This document shows positions 45,860 through 56,054 of a DNA stretch of 64,000 nucleotides, one piece after another (positions within the stretch are counted from its first letter, which is position 1; the number at the start of each line of letters is the position of its first letter). This DNA comes from an uncultured Bacilli bacterium (GTDB taxonomy: Bacteria; Bacillota_I; Bacilli_A; RF39; UBA660): positions 43,955 to 107,954 of the forward strand of contig CALVRN010000002.1 of NCBI GenBank assembly GCA_944358675.1. The letters are read 5' to 3'. The position numbers and the translations under genes were made by a program. The notes beneath the pieces are model-generated. The model saw only the letters and a list, made by a program, of their open reading frames with translations. It was not told where the DNA came from and searched no databases.

Positions 45860-46591
45860 ATGTTTAAATATAAAGATATTAATATAAATTATATAAGATA
45901 TGGAAACATAGAAAAACAGTCAGTCGTTTTATTACATGGCTGGGGACAAAATATTGAAATGATGAAACCAGTAGGCGATAGTTTAACAGATAACGATGTT
46001 ATTATAATAGATTTACCAGGTCATGGTAAAAGTGAAGAACCAAAAGAAGTATGGGAACTTAAAGATTTTGTAGAAATGATTCACGAATTACTTAAAACCT
46101 TAAATATTCAAAATCCAATCTTAATTGGTCATTCATTTGGTGGTAAATTAAGTTTATTATATGCGAGTATGTATCCAGTAAAAAAACTAATCCTATTTGG
46201 TAGCCCATTTAAAGTTAAGAAAAATCCAAATAGTTTAAAAGTAAAAACATTAAAAAAATTAAAAACCTTACCTGGATTAAAAAACATAGCTGAAATAATG
46301 AAAAAACATATAGGCTCTACTGATTATAGAAATGCAAGTCCAATGATGAGAGATATATTAGTAAAACATGTCAATACAGACATCACAGAAAATGTAAAAA
46401 AAATAACTTGTCCAACTATAATTATATGGGGAACTAACGATGCCGCTGTACCAATCACAGATGCATATGATTTAGAAAAATTAATCAAAGATTCAGCTGT
46501 AATTCCATATGAAGGCTGTACACATTATGCCTATTTAGAAAGACTAGGGCAAACTAATTCCATAATTAAAAACTTTATAAAGGAGAGGTAA
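45860..46591 (+). CDS. alpha/beta-fold hydrolase
   Basis: LLHGWGQN and GHSFGG nucleophile elbow. The ATG at 45860 follows RBS AAGGTGA; the track GTG start at 45815 is unlikely. Confidence 0.75.
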   Translation: MFKYKDININYIRYGNIEKQSVVLLHGWGQNIEMMKPVGDSLTDNDVIIIDLPGHGKSEEPKEVWELKDFVEMIHELLKTLNIQNPILIGHSFGGKLSLLYASMYPVKKLILFGSPFKVKKNPNSLKVKTLKKLKTLPGLKNIAEIMKKHIGSTDYRNASPMMRDILVKHVNTDITENVKKITCPTIIIWGTNDAAVPITDAYDLEKLIKDSAVIPYEGCTHYAYLERLGQTNSIIKNFIKER

Positions 46592-46592
46592 T

Positions 46593-48191
46593 ATGACCAA
46601 AGAATTTTTAATATCAGTCATTATCTATTTTATTTATGTTTTTTTAAAAAGTGGAGATTCAATGCATATGCTTCAGCAAAACAAATACAATAGAAAAAAA
46701 ACATACCTAAAATGGATAGCTAAAAATCCTACCAAAACCTTTAAAGATTATAGTATATTTTTCTTAGTATTAATAATATTTATTTTCTTTAATAATTTAC
46801 CATTATTAATGTTATGCTTTAACTTTATATATTTAGTTCTAATAGTTAACTTAATTTTAGAAAGAAAAAAATCACAAAATAAATTACCACTTAAATATAC
46901 AGCTAGAGTAAAAAGATTAGTTTTCACAAATACTATTGTCATATTATTACCAATTATTATTATGAGCTTCTTTGTAAATGAGACAAATTTAGTATACTTT
47001 TATTTAGTTTTAGGTTTAATAGCTTATTTAAATAGTATTTACATATTAATAGCTTTATTAATAAATACACCGGTAGAAAGCTTAGTTGGACTATATTTTA
47101 AACAAAAAGCTATAGCTAAAATCAAAAACATGAAATCATTAAAGGTAATAGGTATTACTGGAAGTTATGGAAAAACAAGCAGTAAAAACATTTTAAATGA
47201 CATATTAAATATCAAATATAATTCCATGCCAACCCCCAAAAACTTTAATACACCATTTGGTCTAATGATAACAATAAACAATTACTTAGATAAATTTACC
47301 GATGTCTTCATAGCCGAAATGGGTGCATGTCAAGAAGGGGATATCAAAGAACTTTGTGACTTAGTTCATCCAAAATATGGAATAATCACAAAAATAGGTG
47401 TAGCCCATCTTGCTACATTTGGCTCTAGAGAAAACATTCAAAAAACAAAATTCGAATTAATTGAATCTTTACCATCAGATGGAGTTGGAATCTTAAATGG
47501 CGATGATGAATGGCAAAGAAGTTATAAAATAAAAAACAACTGTAAAATAAAATGGATCGGTATAGATAGTATAGATGTTGATATCAGAGCTACAAACATT
47601 ACCTTAAGTCCAAGTGGTACTAAATTCGATTGTTATTTTAAAGGTGATAACAAACCATATCCATTTGAAACTAGATTACTTGGATATAACAATGTTTATA
47701 ACATTTTAGCTGGCATCGCTTTAGGTAGAGAATTTGGTATGTCTATCGAACAATTAAAGGCTGGTGTCGCTAAAGTAAAACCAGTTGAGCATCGCCTAGA
47801 ACTTAAAAAAAATGGCGATATTACAATTATTGATGATGCCTATAATTCAAATCCTACAGGAGCCAAAATGGCTTTGGATGTTTTAAAACTAATGCCTGGA
47901 AAACATATTGTTGTAACTCCAGGAATGATTGAACTAGGTTCAGAAGAATATCAAAAAAACAAAGAGTTTGGTAATCAAATAGCTGAAAGTGCTGATGAAG
48001 TAATATTAGTTGGTGCTGAAAAAACTAAACCAATATTAGAAGGCTTAAAAGAAAAAGGTTATGATGAAAATAAAATTCATATAATAAACGATGTCTTGAA
48101 AGCTTTTCCATTAATTCAAGAATTAAAAGAAAATGAAACTTATGTGTTATTAGAAAATGATTTACCAGATATATTCAATGAGAAGGAGTGA
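46593..48191 (+). CDS. murF: MurF-type Mur ligase with polytopic N-terminal membrane domain
   Basis: GITGSYGKTS P-loop at about residue 190, and IDDAYNSNPTGAKMALDVL. The first ~165 aa are about five hydrophobic helices instead of the usual MurF domain 1. Confidence 0.7.
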   Translation: MTKEFLISVIIYFIYVFLKSGDSMHMLQQNKYNRKKTYLKWIAKNPTKTFKDYSIFFLVLIIFIFFNNLPLLMLCFNFIYLVLIVNLILERKKSQNKLPLKYTARVKRLVFTNTIVILLPIIIMSFFVNETNLVYFYLVLGLIAYLNSIYILIALLINTPVESLVGLYFKQKAIAKIKNMKSLKVIGITGSYGKTSSKNILNDILNIKYNSMPTPKNFNTPFGLMITINNYLDKFTDVFIAEMGACQEGDIKELCDLVHPKYGIITKIGVAHLATFGSRENIQKTKFELIESLPSDGVGILNGDDEWQRSYKIKNNCKIKWIGIDSIDVDIRATNITLSPSGTKFDCYFKGDNKPYPFETRLLGYNNVYNILAGIALGREFGMSIEQLKAGVAKVKPVEHRLELKKNGDITIIDDAYNSNPTGAKMALDVLKLMPGKHIVVTPGMIELGSEEYQKNKEFGNQIAESADEVILVGAEKTKPILEGLKEKGYDENKIHIINDVLKAFPLIQELKENETYVLLENDLPDIFNEKE

Positions 48192-48197
48192 TTTATT

Positions 48198-49394
48198 ATG
48201 ATAAAAGTTGGAGTTATTTTTGGTGGAGATTCAGTTGAACATGAAGTAAGTATAATCTCTGCCTTGCAAGCAATGGAAAATATTGATGAAGAAAAATATG
48301 AAATAATACCAATCTATATAAGTAAGGACCGCCATTTTTATACTGGTGCCGCTTTAAGAGATATGGAAACTTATAAGTACTTTGATAACATGAAAAAATT
48401 TGTCAAAGAAATAACAATTTGTAGAAAAGGTAACGACATTGTCTTACAAAAAATAAAAGGATTCTTTGGAAGAAATGTTAATACAATTGATGTAGCTTTT
48501 CCAATAGTTCACGGAAAAGGTGTTGAAGATGGCTCATTATCTGGATTCTTAGAAACATTAGGACTTCCAGTTGTTGGACCTTCAGTACTAGGTGCAGCTT
48601 TAGGACAAGATAAAGTAGTATTAAAACAAGTCCTAGAAGCCAATAACATTAAAACTCCTAAATATACATGGTTCTACGATTATGAATATAACATGGATAA
48701 AGATAAAATAATTAAAAACATCGAAACTTTAGGTTATCCTGTAATTGTAAAACCAGCTAATTTAGGTAGTACCATTGGTATAGGAGTTGCCCATAATCAA
48801 AGTGAATTAGTAAAGGCAATTGAAGAAGCATTGGAATATGAAAAGAAAATAGTTGTTGAAGAAATGATACCAAATTTATTAGAATTAAACTGTGCAGTAT
48901 GTGGTAACTATGAATATTCAGAAACTAGTTTAATTGCCGAAATGAAAATGAAACACGAACTATTAACCTTCGAAGATAAATATTTAGGAGGATCTAAAGG
49001 AAAAGGCATGAAAACATCTGGAAAAATGCCAAATTCAATGTCTACTAGTGAATTTGAAGTTCCCGCAAACATTCCAGAAGAGATGACTAATAAAATTTAT
49101 GAAATATCAAAACAAGTATTTAGAGTACTAAATTTAAAAGGTGTTTGCCGTATAGATTATCTAGTAAATAGAGAAACTGGTGAAATATACGTTAATGAAC
49201 CAAATACAATACCAGGTTCACTCGCATTCTATCTATATAAACCAAAAGGAAAAGATTATAAAACATTAACTGATGAATTAATTAAATCAGCTATTAAAGA
49301 TTATAAAAATGAAATGCATAAAACATCTAGTTTCACTTCAAATATTTTAAGTGAATATAATGGAAGTAAAGGATTTAAAAAAGGAGCAAACTAA
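48198..49394 (+). CDS. ddl: D-alanine--D-alanine ligase family (ATP-grasp)
   Basis: VGVIFGGDSVEHEVSIISA, ATP-grasp core, NEPNTIPG. Confidence 0.85.
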   Translation: MIKVGVIFGGDSVEHEVSIISALQAMENIDEEKYEIIPIYISKDRHFYTGAALRDMETYKYFDNMKKFVKEITICRKGNDIVLQKIKGFFGRNVNTIDVAFPIVHGKGVEDGSLSGFLETLGLPVVGPSVLGAALGQDKVVLKQVLEANNIKTPKYTWFYDYEYNMDKDKIIKNIETLGYPVIVKPANLGSTIGIGVAHNQSELVKAIEEALEYEKKIVVEEMIPNLLELNCAVCGNYEYSETSLIAEMKMKHELLTFEDKYLGGSKGKGMKTSGKMPNSMSTSEFEVPANIPEEMTNKIYEISKQVFRVLNLKGVCRIDYLVNRETGEIYVNEPNTIPGSLAFYLYKPKGKDYKTLTDELIKSAIKDYKNEMHKTSSFTSNILSEYNGSKGFKKGAN

Positions 49395-49410
49395 AAGGGA
49401 GATGTATTTT

Positions 49411-52140
49411 ATGGATTATAAAGACACATTATTAATGCCAAAAACAGAATTTAAAATGCGTGGTAATTTGGCTGAAAATGAAGTTAAACAGCGCATGGAA
49501 TGGGATGAAATGGATTTATATAATCTAATCAAAAATAAAAATAAGAATAATAAACCATTCATCTTACACGATGGTCCACCTTATGCGAATGGTAATATCC
49601 ATCTAGGCCATTCTTTAAATAAAATTTTAAAAGATTTCATCAACCGCTCTAAAATGATGGAAGGATACTATGTTGAATATATTCCAGGATGGGATACTCA
49701 TGGACTACCAATTGAACAAGCCGTAACTAATAGTGGTGTTGATAGAAAGAAAATGACAGTAGCCCAGTTTAGAGAATATTGTAAAGAGTATGCTTTAAAA
49801 CAAGTAGAAACCCAAATGGATGACTTCAAAAGACTAAATGTCATTGCTGACTGGGATAACCCTTATATCACATTAAACCCAGAATATGAAGCAAGACAAA
49901 TAGAAGTATTTGCTAAAATGGCAGGGAAAGGATTAATCTTCCAAGGATTGAAACCAGTTTATTGGTCTCCAAGTAGTGAAACTGCTTTAGCTGAAGCTGA
50001 AATTGAATATAAAGATAAAACTGATCCATCAATCTATGTCGCATTTACTATAACCGAAGGAAATGATTATGTAGATGAAGGAGATAAATTAGTTATATGG
50101 ACAACAACACCATGGACATTACCTGGTAATATGGGTGTTTGTGTTGGACCAAACTTCGAATATTCTAAAGTAAAAGTAGGGGATAACAACTATATTGTCG
50201 CAACTGATTTATTAGATAATTTAATGCAAGAATTTGAATTTACAAACTATGAAAAATTATCTACCTTTAAAGGCACAGATTTAGAAAATGTAAAATATAG
50301 TCATCCATTTATGGATAGAATCTCACCCGTAGTGACTGCTGACCATGTAACTTTAGATGCTGGAACTGGTTTAGTACACACCGCTCCATCATATGGTGAA
50401 GATGATTTTAATGTTGGAAAAAAATATAACCTAGGAATGGTAAATGGAGTAAATGACCAAGGCATTTTAACTGAAGAATCAGGAATATTTGCAGGTTTAT
50501 CAGTAGAAGAAGCTAATAAAGAAATTCCAAAATGGTTAAATGAAAATGGATATTTATTAAAATTAAAGAAAATTACCCACTCATATCCACATGACTGGAG
50601 AACAAAAAAACCAATCATCTTTAGAGCCACTAAACAATGGTTCTGTAGTGTTGATAAAATAAGAGATGAAATTTTAAACGAATTAGATACAAATGTTAAA
50701 TTTCATACAGACTGGGGTAAAACAAGAATTTACAACATGATTAAAGATAGGGGAGACTGGTGTATTTCAAGACAAAGAGCTTGGGGTGTACCTATTCCAA
50801 TTTTCTATAATGAAGATGGCACACCTATTATTGATTATGATGTTATGATGCATGTTGCTTCATTATTTAGAAAACACGGTTCAAATATCTGGTTTGAAAA
50901 AGAAGCTAAAGACTTACTTCCAAAAGGATATACTAATCCAGCAAGTCCAAATGGTAACTTTAAAAAAGAAACAGATATTATGGATGTGTGGTTTGATTCT
51001 GGAACATCATGGGCTGGAACTTTATTAGAAAGAAAATTACCATACCCAGCTGATGTATACCTAGAAGGTTCAGATCAATATCGTGGATGGTTTAATTCAT
51101 CATTAATTTGTAGTATGGCTTATAGTGGTCATAGTCCATATAAAGAATTAGTATCAGCTGGATTTGTCTTAGATGGTAAAGGATTTAAGATGAGTAAAAG
51201 TATTGGTAACATCGTAAGACCAATGGATGTTGTAGGTAAACAAGGCGCTGATATTTTAAGACTATGGGTGGCTAGTGTAGACTATACAGAAGATGTTAGA
51301 TTCAGTGATGAATTACTTGCTGGAGTTAAAGAATCATATAGAAAAATTAGAAACACATATAGATTTATGTTAGGAAATTTATTTGACTTTAACCCAGACT
51401 CTGACAAAGTATCTTATGATAAATTACCAGTTTCTGATAGATATATGTTAATCGAATTAAATGACATCATTCAAAAAGTAATTAAAGAATATGATAATTA
51501 TAACTTTGATGAAATTTATAAAATAATCAATAATTATGTAAATTCATTATCTAATTTCTATTTAGATTATACAAAAGACATTTTATACATAGAAAAAGCT
51601 GATAGTGATGAAAGAAGAAGTGTTCAAACTGTTTTATATGAAATCTTAACTTCATTAATCAAATTAATGGCTCCAATTTTACCTTATACTAGCGAAGAAG
51701 TTTACAAATTACTTCCAGGTAAAAAAGAGAAAAGTGTTCATTTAGAAAACTTCCCAGAAGTAAAAACATACAAAGATGAAATTGAAATAAAAGAAATGTT
51801 TGATTTATTCTTTGGAATTAAAAATGATGTCTATAAAGCTTTAGAAGAAGCTAGAAATGAAAAAATCATTGGTAAATCATTAGAAGCCAAAGTATTCTTA
51901 AAATTACGTGATGAAGATAAAGAAACATTAAAACCAATTTTAACAAAATTAAAACAATTATTTATTGTATCAGATGTTATCTTAACTCCAGAAGAACTTA
52001 CAAAATATGAATATTGTGAAGTTAAAGTTCAAAAATTCGATGGAGAAAGATGTGAAAGATGTTGGAATTACTTTAATGAAATTGATCTAACAGATCAGTT
52101 ATGTCCAAGATGTCATGAAATCGTAAATGAAGAAAACTAG
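49411..52140 (+). CDS. ileS: isoleucyl-tRNA synthetase
   Basis: MDYKDTLLMPKTEFKMRGNL, HLGH, KMSKS, and a C-terminal CxxC...CxxC zinc finger. The start is taken at 49411, not the longer track ORF. Confidence 0.95.
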   Translation: MDYKDTLLMPKTEFKMRGNLAENEVKQRMEWDEMDLYNLIKNKNKNNKPFILHDGPPYANGNIHLGHSLNKILKDFINRSKMMEGYYVEYIPGWDTHGLPIEQAVTNSGVDRKKMTVAQFREYCKEYALKQVETQMDDFKRLNVIADWDNPYITLNPEYEARQIEVFAKMAGKGLIFQGLKPVYWSPSSETALAEAEIEYKDKTDPSIYVAFTITEGNDYVDEGDKLVIWTTTPWTLPGNMGVCVGPNFEYSKVKVGDNNYIVATDLLDNLMQEFEFTNYEKLSTFKGTDLENVKYSHPFMDRISPVVTADHVTLDAGTGLVHTAPSYGEDDFNVGKKYNLGMVNGVNDQGILTEESGIFAGLSVEEANKEIPKWLNENGYLLKLKKITHSYPHDWRTKKPIIFRATKQWFCSVDKIRDEILNELDTNVKFHTDWGKTRIYNMIKDRGDWCISRQRAWGVPIPIFYNEDGTPIIDYDVMMHVASLFRKHGSNIWFEKEAKDLLPKGYTNPASPNGNFKKETDIMDVWFDSGTSWAGTLLERKLPYPADVYLEGSDQYRGWFNSSLICSMAYSGHSPYKELVSAGFVLDGKGFKMSKSIGNIVRPMDVVGKQGADILRLWVASVDYTEDVRFSDELLAGVKESYRKIRNTYRFMLGNLFDFNPDSDKVSYDKLPVSDRYMLIELNDIIQKVIKEYDNYNFDEIYKIINNYVNSLSNFYLDYTKDILYIEKADSDERRSVQTVLYEILTSLIKLMAPILPYTSEEVYKLLPGKKEKSVHLENFPEVKTYKDEIEIKEMFDLFFGIKNDVYKALEEARNEKIIGKSLEAKVFLKLRDEDKETLKPILTKLKQLFIVSDVILTPEELTKYEYCEVKVQKFDGERCERCWNYFNEIDLTDQLCPRCHEIVNEEN

Positions 52141-52161
52141 TTCAAAAATGAACTAGTTTTT
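52137..52161. terminator. bidirectional terminator between ileS and sigK
   Basis: CTAGTTCA-AAAA-TGAACTAG 8-bp stem, with T5 on the + strand and an A-run on the other side. Confidence 0.75.
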
Positions 52162-52183
52162 ATACTTTTCTAATAGAATTAAA

Positions 52184-52876
52184 CTAACTATTTTTATTTT
52201 TAATAAATTCCCTAAGCATCTTTGTTAATGCTCTTTTTTCTATTCTTGAAACATAACTTCTAGATATTCCAAGTTCTTTCGCAATCTCTTTTTGAGTAAT
52301 TTCATCATTACCATATAATCCATATCTCTTAATAATAATCTCTTTTTCTCTATCAGTCAAAACATTAAAATATTTCTTTAATAACTTGACACTATCCTTT
52401 ATATGTATATCTAAAGCATAATCAGGCTTATCAGTTTTCAAAATATCCAAAAAAGTAATTGCATTTCCTTCTTTATCAAAACCAATAGGCTCATCAATAC
52501 TAATATTTTTATTATTTTTCTTATCAGACCTAAAAAACATCAATATTTCATTTTCAATACATCTCGCACAGTAGGTTGTAAGCCTAGTTTTGTGTTTAAA
52601 AGAATAACTATCAACACCTTTAATTAAACCTATAGTTCCAATACTAATTAAATCATCTGCCATCTCTGAACTATGATCATACTTTTTAACAATATGAGCA
52701 ACTAATCTTAAATTGTGTTCAATAAGCTTATTTCTTGCCTCCATATCACCCATATTTGCTAGCTTAATATATTTTTCCTCATCCTCCTTAGATAAGGGAT
52801 CAGGAAAAACATTATTAGAATAAGATGCTGTAAAAAGATAAAAATCTTTAAATAGCTTTTTTAAAAATTCAAACAT
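52184..52876 (-). CDS. sigK: sporulation sigma factor SigK (uninterrupted, with pro-sequence)
   Basis: NNVFPDPLSKEDEEKYI...ARNKLIEHNLRLVAHIVKKY...LISIGTIGLIKG...CIENEILM...ELGISRSYVSRIEKRAL closely parallels B. subtilis SigK. Confidence 0.88.
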   Translation of the reverse strand: MFEFLKKLFKDFYLFTASYSNNVFPDPLSKEDEEKYIKLANMGDMEARNKLIEHNLRLVAHIVKKYDHSSEMADDLISIGTIGLIKGVDSYSFKHKTRLTTYCARCIENEILMFFRSDKKNNKNISIDEPIGFDKEGNAITFLDILKTDKPDYALDIHIKDSVKLLKKYFNVLTDREKEIIIKRYGLYGNDEITQKEIAKELGISRSYVSRIEKRALTKMLREFIKNKNS

Positions 52877-52951
52877 TAAATCACACCTCTAATAAAAATA
52901 TATGTGATTAAAATACCAAAAAGAAACAAAAAAATTAAGGACAATCCTTAA

Positions 52952-53518
52952 TTATATTTGACTAATTATATTCATTAAAAATGCAAATCCCATGGATGCA
53001 GTTACAAAACAAAGTACTACACAATCTAAAAATGTTCTAGTTAAACTACCATTTGAAAAAGCAATTCCTTGTTTTGTAGCTTTAGTTAAAGATTTACCTT
53101 TACTTTGTGATTGTTCGCTGTTATCTTGAACATCTTGCTCAGGTTCATCGTATATCCTATGTAATTCAGCTTGTAAAGCTTTCAATTCAGCTAAATCAAC
53201 ACTATCAATTTCTCTTGTTTGATCTAATGGATCATTATCCACCTTCATATCGTAAGAAGGTTTATCATAAGATGAAGTATCTTGATATGAAATAGGATTT
53301 GAATCTACTTTTGATTCATAATTAAGTTCATAATTGTCAAACCCTTGATTATCTAAGCTAAAACTTTCAGAAGTATTTTTATCTTCATCATCTAATTCAT
53401 CAAATAATTTTTCAATTGCCTCTAAATTTTGACTAGTTCTAGCATCTTGTTTATCACTAGATAAATAATTACCACTATAAGCATTATAACCAAAGTCATA
53501 TGGATTTTTCTCGTTCAT
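52952..53518 (-). CDS. acidic hypothetical protein with C-terminal TM anchor
   Basis: RBS GGAGG precedes the ATG at 53518. D/E/Q/S-rich sequence with a single C-terminal helix. Confidence 0.45.
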   Translation of the reverse strand: MNEKNPYDFGYNAYSGNYLSSDKQDARTSQNLEAIEKLFDELDDEDKNTSESFSLDNQGFDNYELNYESKVDSNPISYQDTSSYDKPSYDMKVDNDPLDQTREIDSVDLAELKALQAELHRIYDEPEQDVQDNSEQSQSKGKSLTKATKQGIAFSNGSLTRTFLDCVVLCFVTASMGFAFLMNIISQI

Positions 53519-53668
53519 CTTATGGCCTCCTATTAAAATAAGTATACTACAAAAATAAACTATTTTCAATCATTTTAACTCCAGTTGACAAAAGCATAAC
53601 TACTTTTTATAATTTAGTACTTGACAATGCAAGGTAGTTAGAATATAATGTCAGTAAAGAGGTGATTT

Positions 53669-53992
53669 ATGAATTCACAATTTAAAAAAGGAGTATTAGA
53701 ATTGATAGTTTTACTCTCTGTCAATAAAAAAGACATGTATGGTTATGAATTAGTATTAGAAGTTTCAAAGGTCGTAGATGTCAATGAAGGTACAATTTAT
53801 CCATTATTAAAAAGACTAACCAATGAAAATTATTTTGAAACTTATCTCCAAGAATCAAGTGAAGGACCATCCAGAAAATATTATAAAATAACTATCTTAG
53901 GTCAAGAAAGACTTAAAGAATTAAAAGGTGGATGGAAAGAATTTAGTGATTCAGTAAATGAATTTATTAGAAGGAGCGATAATCATGAATAA
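53669..53992 (+). CDS. PadR-family transcriptional regulator
   Basis: KGVLELIVLLSV..KDMYGYEL...EGTIYPLLKRL...RKYYKIT. Confidence 0.85.
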   Translation: MNSQFKKGVLELIVLLSVNKKDMYGYELVLEVSKVVDVNEGTIYPLLKRLTNENYFETYLQESSEGPSRKYYKITILGQERLKELKGGWKEFSDSVNEFIRRSDNHE

Positions 53993-55433
53993 AGATGAAT
54001 TTTTAGAAGAATTAGAAAAGAAATTATCTATATTAAATGAAAAAGAAAGACAAGATATTATTGATGAATATAAAGATACCATTAGTGAAAAGATAAAACA
54101 CGGACAAACTGAAGAAGAAGCTGTAAGTGACTTTGGTGATTTAGATGAATTAGTAAGTGAAATTTTAGATGCTTATAAAATAAATCCAAAATATAATCAA
54201 AAAGAAGAGGGAGCATTTAGTAAGTTTACTTTAGAAGGTGAAAAAATAATCAAAAAAGGTGCGAATAAATTAGCAGACTTGACTAGAGGGTTTGCTGATA
54301 CAATAAAAAATAACGACACCGAAATGAATTTAAATCTAGCTTTTGAAATTATAATTAAAGTCTTCTTTGCTTTAATATTATTAGCTATTCTAACACTTCC
54401 ATTTAGATTCTTTATGAATTTAGGTTTCTCTTTTGCCGAAACATTCTTTAGTCCAATCAGTCTTTTAATCAAAATAGTTATTTTCATTTTATTTATCGCA
54501 CTTTATTTAAGTGTAGGTTTATTAATCATCGTTACCTTATTCAAACAATATTTCAAAAAAGATGAAAATAATGATATTTTAAAAGAAGATAGTGAAGAAA
54601 ATAAAGAAAAAAATGAAACAAAAGAAAAAGCAAACAAAACAAAAGAAAAACCTGTAAAAATTATTCATAAAAACGGCCCAACAGTTGGTTCAGTAATTTT
54701 ATTAATAGTAAAAGTATGGGTAGCTATATTTATATTATTTCCACTTTTTTGTATTGATGGTGCGACAGTTTTAGGTTTAATCTTATCTATCTTTTATTGG
54801 ATTAAGGGTATAAATCTATTAGGACTCACTTTACTATTATTAGGAATTTCATCAATATTCATATGGTTTACAATATTAATATTCAACTTAACGTTTTCTA
54901 AAGGTAAAATAAATATAATTCCATTTTTTATAGGTCTAATCATCTCTGTGTTTGGTGTACTTTTCTTTATTGATATGTTAACTAATATCGAATATATTGA
55001 TGAAGCACCAAAATCATATAAAATAGAAACAACTACTAAATCTTTTACCACTGATAAAAACATTTATATAGACTATAAATTAAACGGAGATATTACTAAA
55101 AAAACCGATAATAAAATGAAAGATAATGAAATAAAATTAAACATAAGCTATAATAATGAAAGTACCGATATTAATATTTATAATGAACCAAATTATAAAT
55201 TTCCATCCGAAGATTGTGCATACAGCGTAGATAAACATAAATGTGAAACCACATACAACTATATTTCGCTAGATTATGATTACACAAATGATTATAATAA
55301 TGAAAAAAATAGATACAATGAATTTATAGAAAATCTAAAAGATAATAAAATTTATAATTATTCTAAATTAAGTGAAGTAGATGTTGAAATTATAGCTAAT
55401 GATAAAACAATGTCATTAATCGAAACTAATTAA
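53985..55433 (+). CDS. DUF1700-type membrane protein (usual PadR partner) with long extracytoplasmic tail
   Basis: MNKDEFLEELEKKLS...ERQDIIDEYKD N-terminus, multiple TM segments. Overlaps the padR stop. Confidence 0.6.
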   Translation: MNKDEFLEELEKKLSILNEKERQDIIDEYKDTISEKIKHGQTEEEAVSDFGDLDELVSEILDAYKINPKYNQKEEGAFSKFTLEGEKIIKKGANKLADLTRGFADTIKNNDTEMNLNLAFEIIIKVFFALILLAILTLPFRFFMNLGFSFAETFFSPISLLIKIVIFILFIALYLSVGLLIIVTLFKQYFKKDENNDILKEDSEENKEKNETKEKANKTKEKPVKIIHKNGPTVGSVILLIVKVWVAIFILFPLFCIDGATVLGLILSIFYWIKGINLLGLTLLLLGISSIFIWFTILIFNLTFSKGKINIIPFFIGLIISVFGVLFFIDMLTNIEYIDEAPKSYKIETTTKSFTTDKNIYIDYKLNGDITKKTDNKMKDNEIKLNISYNNESTDINIYNEPNYKFPSEDCAYSVDKHKCETTYNYISLDYDYTNDYNNEKNRYNEFIENLKDNKIYNYSKLSEVDVEIIANDKTMSLIETN

Positions 55434-55499
55434 GAGCTAAAGCTCTTTTTTTTCATCTTAAGTTTTGTTATAATATATTTAATAGAGAAGGGGATATAA

Positions 55500-55997
55500 A
55501 TGACAAATGAAGATACATTAAACTTAAGATTAAAATTAGAATTGCAAAATCCAGTATATGACATATTAGATGAAGCTATTAAATACACAATGAAAAAACA
55601 TAGTTATAAAAAATACGACTTAGTAAAATTAATAATGATGATTTATAACAAAGACTATTCATTTATAAGTAATGCGAATGATTACCGTGACCAATTCAAA
55701 TTATTAGATGAATATTTTCAAAAAGAATATGATCATAGAGTAATTACATTTTTAATGATTAAAGCCGTATTAGATTATAAAGGAACAGACAAATATGATG
55801 AAATAACCGCTGATATTGCGAATATAGAAAACATTTTAAGAACTAAAAATAACACAAAAACAGAAGATTTATGTATATTTTCTTATCCAATAGAGAACGA
55901 AGAATATAATGACTTAATGATGAACATCGAAGCTAATCAAAATTTCAAATATGCATTAGCTATAGTCTATGATAAAATAAAAAACACCCAAAATTGA
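55500..55997 (+). CDS. hypothetical protein
   Basis: 165-aa ORF with RBS GAAGGGGA. No motif recognised. Confidence 0.4.
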   Translation: MTNEDTLNLRLKLELQNPVYDILDEAIKYTMKKHSYKKYDLVKLIMMIYNKDYSFISNANDYRDQFKLLDEYFQKEYDHRVITFLMIKAVLDYKGTDKYDEITADIANIENILRTKNNTKTEDLCIFSYPIENEEYNDLMMNIEANQNFKYALAIVYDKIKNTQN

Positions 55998-56054
55998 CAA
56001 TTGTGTAATATAGATATATAATAATGCGTAAATTTTAACGCAAAGGGTGATATT

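Noticed and set aside
52184-52876. Possible skin-like intervening element in sigK.
   Set aside because: The sigK reading frame is continuous from the pro-sequence to region 4.2, with no interruption.
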